This document shows positions 31,303 through 45,000 of a stretch of 64,000 nt of DNA, one piece after another (position 1 is the stretch's first letter; each line of letters opens with the position of its first letter). The notes below the pieces were generated by a model. That model was given only the letters and a program-made list of their open reading frames with translations, did not search any database and was not told where the DNA came from. This stretch comes from a virus: IMG/VR virus record IMGVR_UViG_3300045988_080644, one strand, 5' to 3'. The translations under genes and the position numbers were made by a program.

Positions 31303-34300
31303 ATGGCAGAATAGACTAAAAAATCGAAATATAATTTTGGAGGTCATGAATTAGATGCTAAATTATATCTCTAGAATATAAGAGATAATGCGGAAACGTT
31401 CCTTAATTCTAAAACAGATTGGACTCCAGAACAAAAAGAAGAATGGAAGCATGCGTATACTAATTTTACTAATGCTTTATAGGAAGATATTAATAATGGA
31501 GGTGGAAGATTCAGCACTGATGAATTCGGTACTATAACAGACACTAAGGGAGAATTCTCTAATACAGATTCTGATAATTACTATTATAATAATAAAGGTC
31601 AACAAATTAGTTAGGAAGATTATGATGCCTTAAAAAAGAGAAAGCAAGGTAAGTATTAGGCTTTTGAAGCTAATAGACAATTTGCTTCCTATGCTAGTTA
31701 GATAGGTAAGGGGTTAAGAGAAGCTTTAGCTGCTAAAAATAAAACTTCTGACGATACAAATGGATTTGATTATGCTAAGAACGGATTCGATGCTTATTGG
31801 CAGAAGAAATATAATCCAGCAGGAACAGCTAATGACCTTCAACCTTATTGGAATAAAGACAAAGAAGGAGAATACACTAATAGAGTAGCTGAAACTATGG
31901 CAGACTTAGATGATTATATGTCTAAGTAGGAAATGAATGATGATGTTAAAGCTGCTTATACTAATTATAGAAATATTCTAGGACAATATAATCCAAGTGA
32001 TAAGAATTTTAATTTAGATACTTGGAAGAATAACATGGTACTTGCTGCAAATAGGGCAGGTATTAGTGGATGGAATAATGGATATTTCAACATTGGTTCT
32101 CAAAGTACTATACCTACAGATGATAAAAAGCCTGAGGCTTTTGATATAAATAATGATTAGGCAGTTATTGATAAATATAAATTAGCAGACTAGATTGCTG
32201 CACATCCTGAGTAGAGAGAGCATCTTCTTGATTTAGCTAGAAGACAATATAATCAGGAATCTTAGAATATAACTGATGAGTACAATGCAGCTATTAAATA
32301 GGAATAGGAAATTGCTAATAATAAGATATGGCAGTAGTATTTAGCTAATGAAGGTAAGGGTTATGCTAATGTAAGTAAAAGAAACTTTGGTACTGAAGTC
32401 TTTGGTAATGGTTGGCAGAACGGAAATACTGATTTTGAGTATACTAGTGGAACTAGTCAAGAAGCAATGAGACGTTTATAGAATGCTTTTAAAACTGGAA
32501 ATAGAAAAGGAGATTTTCTTAGAACAGCTATTAATATGACAGTTAATGGAGGTAAATAGAAGATTTCTAATCTAGGTGAAGCACTTGCTTATTACAAACC
32601 ATTACTTGATAAAACACAAGGTGGTTGGGATTAGTTTGAAAAAGTATAGGATGCTGCAGGTAATGAGATATATAAATTAAAAGGTTCCGAAAATGCAAAG
32701 GGGCAACCTCTTTATATATGGTTTAAAAACGGAAAAGCACATGCTTATAGAGACGATCCATATTCTGTAAGAAAAGCTTAGGTTATCTCAAGAGCTTAGT
32801 TAGGTATGAAATTACAAACTAAAGCTGAAAAAGAGGCTGCAAAAGAAAAGGAAAATAAAAAGACTCTTAGTAATCCAAATACACCGGAAGATAAAAAGAG
32901 ACAAATAGCAAGTTAGAGAAAACCTGGAGATACTGAATTTACTGCTACTGATATAGCTAGAATATCTGCAGCTGGAATGGATGTAGCTTCTGCTTTATCG
33001 GTGTTTATTCCAGTATATGGTACTGCTGCAAGCGCAGGCACAGGTTTAATTTCTTCTTTAACTAATTTTGGTGCAGATATGTTTGATAAGTCTGTATCAG
33101 CAGGAGATATGTGGAAAAATCTTGGGACTAATATTGCTATGGATGCCGTGGGATTGGTTCCAGGTTTTGGAACTGCTGGAAAAGCAGGTAAAATAACTAA
33201 AACTTTAATTAAATATGTACCTAAGATAGTAACTGCCCTATCTGCAGCTAATGCTTTATCTCCTGAATCTAGAGCATCTTGGGCTAAATTAGCTAGTAAT
33301 GAATCTCTTACAGTTAAAGATTGGCAAAATATTGCAGCAGGTTGTTCTGCTTTAGCAGGAGTTTCTAGAGGTGCAGTTGGACATTTTAATGCTCACACGA
33401 TGGCTAAGGGTACTAAAACTAAGGATTTTAATATAACTGCTTCTGATGGCAAATAGTATAAGGTAATTGCAGAGTAGTTAGAAACTTTAAAGAAACAAAA
33501 ATCATTAGAAGATATAAATAAAGAATTTAAGAAGTTGTATCCTGATGCTGAATTAAGTAGTTTCTTTAGAAATGGTAAATGGTAGTAGTTAAGACATTTA
33601 TACTTTAATAATCCACAAGTTAAATCAGTTTATGATTTTAGTCGATTAAATAATTAGGGAACATTTAGTAACTCTAATATATGGAAAATAGCTAGAGAAA
33701 ATAACTTACGTGGCATTAGTTTAGATGTAAAAAATCCGTATAAGAATTCCTTACTTAAGCAACCTACACCTAGTAAACCTTCTAAAAAGAAATATGAGAG
33801 ACCTAGAGCAACTGCAAAATCTAAATAGTAGGTAACTAATTCACCGCTAAATAATAGTCCTGAACGATATAATTATGTTCGTAGGAGTGTTCAATCTAAT
33901 ACTAGTGACGAAGTAAAAACATGGAGAGATATATTTACTAAGAATCATTTTTATTTTAAAGAGGGTGGTTCTGTTTAGAAATTAGCTAATGGTAATAGTA
34001 TAAATGGTAATCCTGCTAAATAGAATAGTGTAGGATATACTAATGATTATAATTGGAATACTGATGTGTTTTCTAAAAATTTAGACCATATACTTGGTAG
34101 TCTTAAATAGTATAAAGACGGTTATGCTAATTGGTTAAATACTATGTAGGACTTACACTATAACGATTATACTAATGCTTCTAAATAGGATTATTTAAAT
34201 ACTAATGCATATAATAATGCAACTGTTGGTTAGTATTAGGATAAGTATAAAGCTGGATATGAAGACGAATGGAACGTAAGTCCTGAAGGAAATGATCCTG

Positions 34301-35691
34301 ATGGTTTAGGATACAATACTCTTGGAATTAAGTCAGCTCAAGATTCTGGAAAATTCGGTATAGTGTCGGGAAATGCTAACTCAGGTGATTGGTTAGGTAA
34401 TGGTAATATGTATAAAACAGATAATTCATTTGGAGGAATTACCGATGCTAGAAGACTTTTAGGTCGTGAAGGTGATTTTAATGATGAATAGCTAAAACAA
34501 TACTAGCAAAAGTTCAAAGAATAGGGATATGATTTTTATCTAGACCCAAATACTAAATATTATAAATTAAAACCTTACACTGACCCTTCAAAGACAACTG
34601 TAGCAGACTAGGATAAACCTAAATAGCCTAATAACTTTAGTTTAAAAGATGCTATAAATAAGATGGATGTTACTGATAAATGGGGTATTCCTAGAGCTAT
34701 GTATGCTGACATAACTAATAGAAAGGTTACAGATATGTTAAAGAAGTAGCCTATATTATATGGTCCACAAGAAGACCATCGTTATGTTTAGTCTGATTTA
34801 GATGCAGAAATGAATGGTCAATAGGCTGCAGCTTAGTTAGCCAGAACAGCCAGTCATCCTATTACATCTGATGGAAATCTACAATCTATGCTTTAGTTAG
34901 AAGCAACTTCTAAAGGTAATGATGCTATTATTGCAGGACGTCAATAGAGTAATTAGAGATTAAGAGAAATGTAGGAATAGGCTTGGTAGCAAGAAGTAGC
35001 TAATCATACGAGTAGATATAATACAGCTATGAAAAATAGAGAATCTCTCTATAATACTGCTAATGAAAATAAAGCTTTAGAAGCAGCGTATCTTAATCAG
35101 AAATTTACTGTATGGGATGCTTTGGCTTAGGAGAAAGAATTTAAGGATAAATCTGATTACGAGCAAATGAGAGCAAGAGCAGATTAGTTTGCACAAGGAG
35201 ATATAAATAATGCTATTAAATATGGTCTTTCTAATTATGTAGATAAATATGGTTTAACTCCTGAAGATGTTTCTTTATGGGATAAGGTATATACTGATGG
35301 TACAGTTAAATTGAGCGATATTTAGAAAGATCCTATTAAATTAAGATAGTGGAATAAGGTATTATCAGCTACTAGATAGATTCAATAGGATCTATTAGGA
35401 GAATATTACGGTATCCCTAAATCTAAGTATTGGACTATCAGACAATCTACTCCTTCATATAGTTACAGTGATAAAGTTAAAGAAGCTAAAAAAGGTGCTA
35501 AGTTAAATTTACGTAAGGTAAGAGAAGCAGCAAAAGGAGAAAAACTTGCAACAGCACAGTTAAAGGCTTAGACTGCAGATGCTGATAGATTCTATAAAAC
35601 TACTAAAGACCATATAGATAGAATGTATGCTGCTATAAGTAGAACTATGAATTATAGCAGTAATAAGAAAAAACGTAAAAAGAAATCCTAA
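31303..35691 (+). CDS. giant virion cargo/ejection-type protein (1462 aa)
   Basis: ATG 31303; track fragments 31933 and 32977 share frame 1. I read along the whole frame and found only TAG interruptions. The gene ends at TAA 35689-35691. A central Gly/Ala-rich hydrophobic block lies at 32977-33400. Confidence 0.7.
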
Positions 35692-36938
35692 TGCCAGGCT
35701 AGCAAGATACAGTACATTCTTACAGACCTACTTTACCAATTACTTATTAGTATCATTTAAAACCTGGAGAATCTTTTTATAAAGATAGAAACGGAAAAGT
35801 TACTATTATCCGCTCTAGAAACGAACAAGTTAGCAAAGATACTAGAAATAATTGGCAAAAGAAATAGGACAGTAAGAATGCTCCAAATATGAGAAAATAG
35901 AAGTAGATGACCTAGGCAGAACACAAAACTGCTTAGGTTGCTTCTAATATTTTAGATAGAGTAAGACCTTCTAAATTGGTAACCGCAGTTGTTAGAGGTT
36001 AGAAACCTATGGACTATATAGATAATGGAAATAAGGGCACTGGTAATGAAGTTTTAAACACAGGGTTTGACATACTTAGTACTTTTGGAACAAATGCACT
36101 GTTTAATATGTCAAAGTTTCCAAAGTTAAATCAAATAAATTTGCTTACTAAGGCAACAGAAGATTCCTCTGATTTGGGATTATTTAACTAGGGAAGACTT
36201 GCCCTAATGCGTAGATATAGACAAAATCCTATTTGGGAAAATAATGCAAGAGCCGCAGGATTAACTGATTAGGAAATAGAAACTTTCAGGAACTATGCAA
36301 ATGGTCTATTATCTACTAAACAATCCTCTGAGCCAAGGGTGCCAAGTTTATAGGTTTTATAGGATACTAATTCATATAGTAGTTATAGTAATATTGCAAG
36401 AAATCCTGATGGCTCTATTAAAAGAGAACTTGTTTTAGGAACCGGTCCAAATTCTCCTAAATATACTGGAGTACATGAAGGTGGTCATATGAGTACCCTG
36501 AATTATAATCCTGAAAATGAGAGAGTTGCATTCAAGTAGTTAATGTCTAATAAAGAAGCTAAAACTGCAATAGATAAGTTAATGCAAAATGCAAATAATC
36601 TTGCCAATTAGTTAGAAATTGATCCTCAGAAAATAGTCAATGTAAGAAGGATATTAATAAAAAGAGGTATGACACCAGAACAAGCTGACTAGACTATACT
36701 AAAACAAATAAAATATTTGAAAGAGGGTTAGGAAACTAGGTCTAGAGGCTTGGCTGCTTAGGAGTGGATGTAGGATAATCATAGTGTAGAAGTTCCATAG
36801 ACTGTAGATAATGGCGTCAATTTTTTCACTGATAAATCTTTAAGAAACGTATGGAGAGGAATAGCATCAACAATTCCAATAACATAGGGTTATTCACAAA
36901 TGATGTAGAACAATACCTAGGAAAAGTAGACAAAATAA
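35691..36938 (+). CDS. HExxH-motif protein (415 aa), possible virion Zn-metallopeptidase
   Basis: TAATG-coupled ATG 35691 is in frame with track fragment 36009-36191. VHEGGHM lies at 36474-36488. The gene ends at TAA 36936-38, with four TAGs in its last 18 codons. Confidence 0.6.
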
Positions 36939-37138
36939 TTTTTACACAAGTAGATTGTTTATATGGTTTACTAGATTCTAATTTTAAAATGAAAACTCTA
37001 ACTGTAACCAAAAATATAGACAAAATCCTAGAACAATGTACTAATTTTCCAGGTTCTACTAATTATATAAACGCTGATTTATACAAAGATAATAGATTAA
37101 TAGGAAATATAATAATTGATAAATTACCAGAAATATGA
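36851..37138 (+). CDS. hypothetical protein (95 aa), TAG-free
   Basis: Track ORF running ATG..TGA. It overlaps the upstream gene by 88 nt, and its TGA overlaps the next ATG (ATGA 37135-37138). Confidence 0.45.
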   Translation: MERNSINNSNNIGLFTNDVEQYLGKVDKIIFTQVDCLYGLLDSNFKMKTLTVTKNIDKILEQCTNFPGSTNYINADLYKDNRLIGNIIIDKLPEI

Positions 37139-39006
37139 TATTTAAGTTTCAATAGGGGGGAACTACTCCTCCCTTTGTTGCTTATTAGCCAGTTATAGTG
37201 TCTGATAAGCGAACTTCAGCTATTCCAGAAGAAGCCGTAGCTGCTAAAGTAGCTAGTGATGCTGATAAGGGTAAATTAACTAGCAAAGATTTATATACTA
37301 TGCTTAAAGAAAAGCTTAAAGGTTTACCTAGTGACGTAGATGTAGCTATGTGGAAACTTCAATCTGTTGAAGAGTCCCTCAATTTAGATTTTTTTCATGA
37401 TTTTACATCTAATGTAGAAAATAGGTATTTAAATGCTTTACAAACTATGAATCAACTTTCATTTAGTAGAGAATAGTATGATAAGGCTTTAGATAATGTA
37501 AAATCTAATGGAGGACTTAATGAAGCGGCTATAGATTAGTATGGTCAAGTATATATGACTAACGGTAAAGACTATAAGTTAATGTCTCCTGAAAAAGCTA
37601 AATAGTCCGGATGGAAACAAATGACTAATTAGGATTTACTCTATTTAAGAGCTAATGACCCTAGTTTGTCGGGAAAAGATGAGATTTTAAACATAGTTAA
37701 TAATGGTATAGGAATAGATAAGGTAACAGAATATATTCAAAAATGTATTCAAGGATTAGGAGCTTCTAAATCTGAAGAAAATCTATATGCTAATGTTAAT
37801 GCAGGAACTATATTAAAGGGCTTAAATGATTTTAAATAGGCGGTAGCTTAGTCTGGAAATTATGATGCCACTGTTCAAGATCTATACAGTGGTAAATTAA
37901 TGACTAAAGATTCTGCAGAATAGGCTCAATAGGCATTAACTTACATATATAGAAGTTTGCCTAATAATATGAAATCCCTTTTAAAAACAAGAACAAAAGG
38001 GGGTACAGATGATGAAGCTTTAGTTATGATAGGACAATTAATCAGTTCTAAGACTTCTCCTGAAAAATCATTTGAACTTAAATTAGAAGATACTGCTTTA
38101 GACCATTAGGAAAAATCAGGTAAAGGAGATAAAGATCCTCATTCTATAGAGGGTTTATCTATGAGTCCAGTAGATATGTTACAAGCAGGTTATGGTTAGA
38201 AGAATGATTTTACTATTTAGACAGCTGCAGGTGCTTCTAATGGTATATAGATTCCTACAGTACAAATGCCTATAACTAAGAAGGGCGAGGGTATTGGCAT
38301 GGCATCATTAAGTGATGTAGCATCCAGCGATTATGCAGGTTATCTAGATTTTAGTAATGCTTTTATGGGGGATGTTTAGATACCACAAGCAGGAATGTAG
38401 AATATAGCTATAGATGGTACTGCTTTATATACAGCTTATTTACCTTTAGACATGTAGTATTTTAATGACACAGGTTAGAAAAGACCTGATATAGCTATGT
38501 TAGGTAGATATAAATAGGCACAGAATGAAATAAGACAATCAGGAACTAAAGATCCAAGATAGATTAATGCCATCTATAAAAATCATAATTTACCAGTAAT
38601 GTACAGTCCTAATGGAGATATTTTAACTAACTATATCAAGTTTGGTATAGTAAATGGAACCGCTTTAGATAATGCCTTTGGTGATGAAGCTAAAGTAGCT
38701 GATTATTTATCAGAAACTACTGATAAAAATACAATAGCTAATACTCTTAATATTTTAAATAAGGGTAGGGGTGAAAAAAATAAGGTAGAATATGATGAAA
38801 AAAGTTGGTGGGATTCTATATCTCCTGTATTTAACGATTATACTCATGTCTATAAAGGAACTATATTTATGCCTATTAATGATGATTACTTTACTTATTC
38901 GGCAGCAGCAGGTTCTAAACCAACAACAGCTTAGGCAGAAATGATTGAAGCTAGATAGTAGGCTGCTAATAAAACTCGTAATTATGTAAATCCAGGACAA
39001 CTTTAA
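37135..39006 (+). CDS. virion cargo-type protein (623 aa)
   Basis: ATG 37135; track fragments 37198 and 38599 share frame 1, and the gene ends at TAA 39004-39006. The N-terminus is MIFKFQQGGTTPP. Confidence 0.7.
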
Positions 39007-42000
39007 TGAAAGAAAATGATATTATATTAAATATGTTAGCTAACCCTAAATTTACTCTTGAAGATTTTCAAGCTGTAGGTTTAAATAGTGATAACACTGG
39101 GTTACAATCAGAAGATAAATATTTACAAAGTGATAAGATTAAGTCTGTTAGTGCCTTTTAGGATTCTAATGGGCAGTTTGATAAAAATAAATTTCATAAC
39201 TTTTACTAGAGTGCAGGATAGTTTTATAATTAGATGTCTAATGATGATTATGAGAAAGCTATTTTAGAACAAGCACAGTATAGTAAAGATAATATATGGG
39301 TAAATCCTAAGAAAAGAACTGTAGATTATAAACCAACTTTAGTTAAAAGAGCAAATCCAACTTTAGTAACTAATAGTTTGGAATAGATGGGTCAGATGGG
39401 AAAAAGGACATTATCTACTTCTGAAATAGCTTAGACACAAGCTGTAGTAAATCCTATTACTGGTGAGAAATCTGCTAGCCCTAATGATTCTTTCTTTTCT
39501 AATCTATTTAATACTTTAGTACTCGCTTCTTATGATAATGATGTAGTAGATCCAAAGACAGGAGAAGTATTACATAAGAAAGGTGACTTAAAATATAATG
39601 AGGATGGTTTACCTTATTATGAGACTTTATCAGGACGTGATGTACATGATAAATAGGTTCTTAATAAGATGAACACTCTTACCACTGATGGTTCTGTATG
39701 GAATAAATTTGACTTTTTTGATTCTGATGATTTAGATTAGAAGGGAATTGGCTCATCTTTATTAAAGAATGCTGCATTAGTGGGAAGTATGTTTATTCCT
39801 TATGTGGGTCCAGTAATTACTGGATTAAGTGTAGCTACTTAGACAGCAGGATTACTAGCCACATTAGGTAAACTTGTTGCAGGAAATGATAATCCTACTT
39901 TAAACAATATATAGGGATGGGCTAAGTCTGTTAATAGACAATCTGCTACAGAATATGCTTAGCAACATACTTGGTGTGCTGAGAACTTTATTAATATGAT
40001 TGGTGATACCATAGGATAGTTAGCAGAATAGCGATGGATATTTAAAGCAGCTCCTGTATTATTTGAAGGAAAGGATGCTTGGAAAGTAATGTCTAAAGAA
40101 GGCTATGATGCTTTAAAGAAATCAAAGCTTGCAGAGTTACAAAAAACATCAAGTTTAACTACTGACAAATTATTGTAGGATGCAGTAAGTGAAAAGAATG
40201 TACCCTTATTACAATAGTACATGACTGAACTTAATGCTATTAATGAAACTAAAGCTGCTAAATATGTTGATGATTTAGTTAGAAAAGCTAACAATATAGG
40301 CAGTCCTCTTTCTAAAGCTTACATGATAGGTATTACTGTATAGGATACTTATGGTAATGCAAAAGCTGCAGGAGCTTCAGACTTAGAGGCGGCTTTATTG
40401 ACCCTTGGTTATGCTGGAGGTGAAGCTTGGATTCTTAATACTGGTTTAGGAGAATGGATATTACCTGAATTACATATTGACAAGTTTAAAAATAAAGCTA
40501 TAGCTGAAGCTTTAGTTAAACCAGTTAATGATGCTAAAGAAAGATTAGAATAGACTGGAGACAAGCAAGGATTTGTAAAAGAATTACTCAAGATAGGTAG
40601 AAATGTAGCTACTAACGTATATGCAGAAAAAGCTATGGCTAAGAAATCTGCTGAAGTTATAGGAGCACATGCATTAGGTGAAGCATTTGAAGAAACTTCA
40701 GAAGAGTTATTAGCAGATGCTTCTAAAGCGATACTTAATATAACTAGATGGTTAAGAGGAAAAGATGCTCTTAATTTCTGGGATGGAGATAATGCTTTAG
40801 ATAGATATACTATGTCTGCATTAGGAGGTTTACTTGGTGGAGGGATAACTTCTGCTGCAACTAATTTTAGTTAGGTAAGAAGCTTAGCTGGAATGGATAA
40901 CTCTGCAGCTATGTAGCAACTCTTATATATGGCTAATAATAATTAGTTAGGTGATTTCTTGAAACAAGTAGATAAAATGACACTTGGAGACAAGAATAAA
41001 TCTGCTACTAAAACTATATATGATTCAGAACAAGGAGTAATATTTGCAGAAGGAACTAAAGATGATAATCAAGACCTTGCTGCTAAACAAGCTATTCGTA
41101 ATTAGGTTAAATTTATTGACAATATATTAACTACTAATGGTGCTAAGATAAGTACTGACTCATTACTTAGTAAATTAGCTATGGAGGATTAGTAGGATGT
41201 TCTTAGGAATCTTAAAATAGGTAATTTAAAAAATACCAATGTTATAGGTACATATGCTTAGGACTACTTGAATTTACAAGCAGATTTAATAACAGCCTCA
41301 GCTTAGTTAAAAGCTATTGATGATGAAATAGGTGATGTAAAAAGTGCCGCAACACCAGAACAATAGAAAGCAAGAACAGATAAAGCTGCTGAAATTGACG
41401 GCATTAGAGGTAGATTACAGGAATATCTTAATGGCACCATCTCTCCTGATTTTATTAGAGATGCTGTATTTGAGATAAATCCTCTGATTAATGACGGTTT
41501 TGTTATTACTTCATTAGAACAATATACAAAAGCTAAAGTAGGAAAATTACCTAATTAGCTATCTGATACTGAGCTTACAAAACTAACTGAAGAGTTTAAA
41601 AACTACATGAACAGTGATGGTAAAGAGTATACACATACTGCTGCTGCAGCTTACTAGAATATGATGGAATTGGGTTCTCCTATAGTGCAGCAGTATTAGG
41701 AAATAATTAAATAGGCTAATGTTAATAATAATGCTCAATTTATATAGGATTTTAACTAGTTTATCACTAACTATTTAATTAAGTTGGATAGTATTGATAC
41801 TACTGACTAGGAGGCTTATCAGACTAAAGCTTAGTTATTAAATGATTCTCTAGCTTACGGAGCACTTAGATAGATGGCACAACCTTATCTAAGTGAGGAT
41901 TAGAGAAATCGTCTATAGAGTATTGCTGATAGTACAGAGACTGATCCAAATGTTATAGCGCAATTAAATCAAGAAGCTAATAATATTCTTATGGAAACTA

Positions 42001-45000
42001 TCTCAACTAATGTTGATAACCTAGTTAAACCAGTACTATAGTAGGGATTCATACATCCTGAAGCTAGAAAAGCATTACTCTAGGGATTGTCTAAGTTAAA
42101 GGATTTAATTGCAACCAAAGCAGATAATGACTTTATGGAGGTTTACCCAGGACATCCAGATTATGAGGAAGCAAAAAAACGTCGTAAAGAGTCTGTAGAA
42201 AATATTCATCAAATTGATGATTTATAGAAAAAAATTGAGAAACTGCCAACCACACCTGCTTTAGAGTTTATTGATAAATTTAAAATAGGGGCAACCAATT
42301 CTTAGTTAAAGTTTTCAGACCATTGGTAGCAGACTATGGATTTATTAGATAACAATAAGGATGATATGTCTGAATTTGGAACTGATGAAGTATGGGAAGC
42401 TAATAATCAAGAGGCGCTTAGACTAGCTAAAGCCTTTAGGTCAGTACTTAATGGTATGAAAGTTGATAATGCAGATATAAATAACCCAACAGGTTATTCT
42501 AGAATGCTTAATTTAGTATATTAGAAATCTGCACAGAAAAATTATGTACCTTTAGCAGAAATAAGTACTTAGGAAGCTAATATGATGCTAGAAGATGTCA
42601 GCAAAATTATAGCTAGACTAGAATTTGCTGATACCTTAGCTAAAATGAATAGGGGTTAGAAGCTTAAAGAATAGAACAAAGTAGCTGCTAGAAAAAATCA
42701 ATTATTATATAATGGTACAAAAAGACTTATTGACACTTTATCAGACTCTGATTGGAAAGATACTAGTATAGCTGATTTAAAAAATACTTTTAATAATATT
42801 ACTACAGAAGTTAAAGATGCTTTAGAAGGCGAGGGAGTTAAATAGAGTAAAGAAACTAGAGCTGCAGTAGAAAAATATATGATGCAGTTAGATAATGCTA
42901 TATATGATTTCTTTCAAGCTAATAAGGATTCTAAAGGGGAATTAAGCGTTGAGAAAATAGGAAAGTTATTAAAGAAATTTGCAGGCAATGCAGGATTCTT
43001 TTAGAAAACTAATAACATACTTAATGAATCTACTAAGTCTCTAAGTGATAATTCTTATATTTGGTATTTAGCATCTAGAGCAGCAGTTAGAGCATCTGAT
43101 TTTTATGGTTCCTATAAGAAGGCAGTAAATGACAAAGTTGCTCCTATTGCTAGTTAGGAACTTGCAACTTATTTAGGAGTAGCAGCTATAGCTAATATGA
43201 ATACTCTTAACAAGTTTGTAGATGCATATAGAAATACTGTTGTTTAGGAATTTAATAATTTATCTGAAAAAGAGAGAACTGACTTATTAAACCAGTTTGA
43301 TAATAGTGGTGAGGCATATTCTAAGGATTTACTTAAGTACTTCGGGGCACATGATGTTCTTCCTCAATATAAGAATATGATATTTATAGAAGGTATTGCT
43401 GGAAGTGGTAAAAGTAAAGCAGTATTTAGAAATGTAATTAATACTATAAATCATATTAATCCAGAATACTTAAAAAATGCTTATTATGTACATGAGACTA
43501 GTGATTCTGCATAGAAAGCGGCTGAAGACCTAGAATTACAAGGATAGACTTTTGGACGAGTTGATTTTTTAAAACATTTATCTTCTGAATGGAAAAATAT
43601 TAGAGATAATAGTAAAGACAGAAAGAATTACTTATATAAAGATTCATATAAATTTGATCCATTTACAGGTAAATTAGAGAATACCTGGAAATTAAATAAA
43701 ATAGCTGATGCTCCTAAGGTAATTTTTATAGATGAGATTTCTCACTATAATTAGTAGGAAGTCAGTATGATAGAATAGTGGGCAAAGGAACATGGAACTA
43801 TTGTACTTACTGCTGGTGACTTTGATTAGGATACATCTATTGCTTTTATAGATGATGTTAAATATAAGGGAAATCCTGTAAGTGTAACCTTAAATAGAAA
43901 TAATTTTATAAGAAGTCCTAAGTTAGGGGTATCTTTACGTACTTTAAATAAATAGCTTACCAATTGTACTAAAATGATGTAGTTAGCTATTTAGAATCTA
44001 AATGATGGTAAAGATGTAGATTTAAATTTCACTTATCTAGATAACGATCCAGAGCACTTAGGTCTGTTTGGTGTAAAAATAGCTAAGCCAGTTAATGTCT
44101 TAAAAGGTTTAAGCAAAGAGGAACTTGATAGAATTGTTCCTACTATAGATTTGATGGTATCTACTTCAGGTGATGAGAAAATAGGATATATTTATCATGA
44201 TACTAATACTGAATTATATAAGTTATTAACTACTAAATATAAGGATAAAATAATACCATATAAAGATTCTGATGCTTAGGGTCTGGAAGGTAAATATTAT
44301 ATAGTAGAGAATGATATTCATTCTAATGTACCTGATTCTGTCTATTTAAGATCTTTGTATACAGGTATAACAAGAGCTTCACAGGGAGTTTTAGCCATAA
44401 CACCAACTACTACTAAGGGTATTAAAACTATAGGGACATCCTAGGATAAGAGATTTTAGTTAGAGACCATAGGTGCTGAAGCTATTAAACATGCTTCCAA
44501 AGAAAGATTAGAATAGTTAGAAGATATGGTTGATGATAATAATGCCATAACTAAATTAGAAGCACCTACTAATACACCTACTCCTACTAAGCCCCAAGTT
44601 TCAGGTGGTTTACTTCCAATTTTAGCACCTGCAAGTGTTCCTCCAGCTAATACTGCAACTAGTTAGGCTGATGCTAATATAGAAGTTGAGAATTTTAAAA
44701 AGCTTATATATAATCTTGATGGCACTACAAATTCAATAGCTAAGAAATTAGATCAGGAATTTGATATAATAAGTGTTGAAGCTAAAGAGGATAATGGTAA
44801 TTGGATTCCTACTGTTAAGTTAAAGAATGGGGATGATGAGTTTGGTGTTCCTTTAGTAGATTTCAATAAAGAATATACTTTATAGAAGAAGGATGATAAA
44901 ACAACTGTTCCTCTTTACACAGTTGGACAAACATTTTTATTGCAAACAGGTCCTACAGACACTTAGATAACTATTGATGAAGTCTTATCTGGAGAACCAC

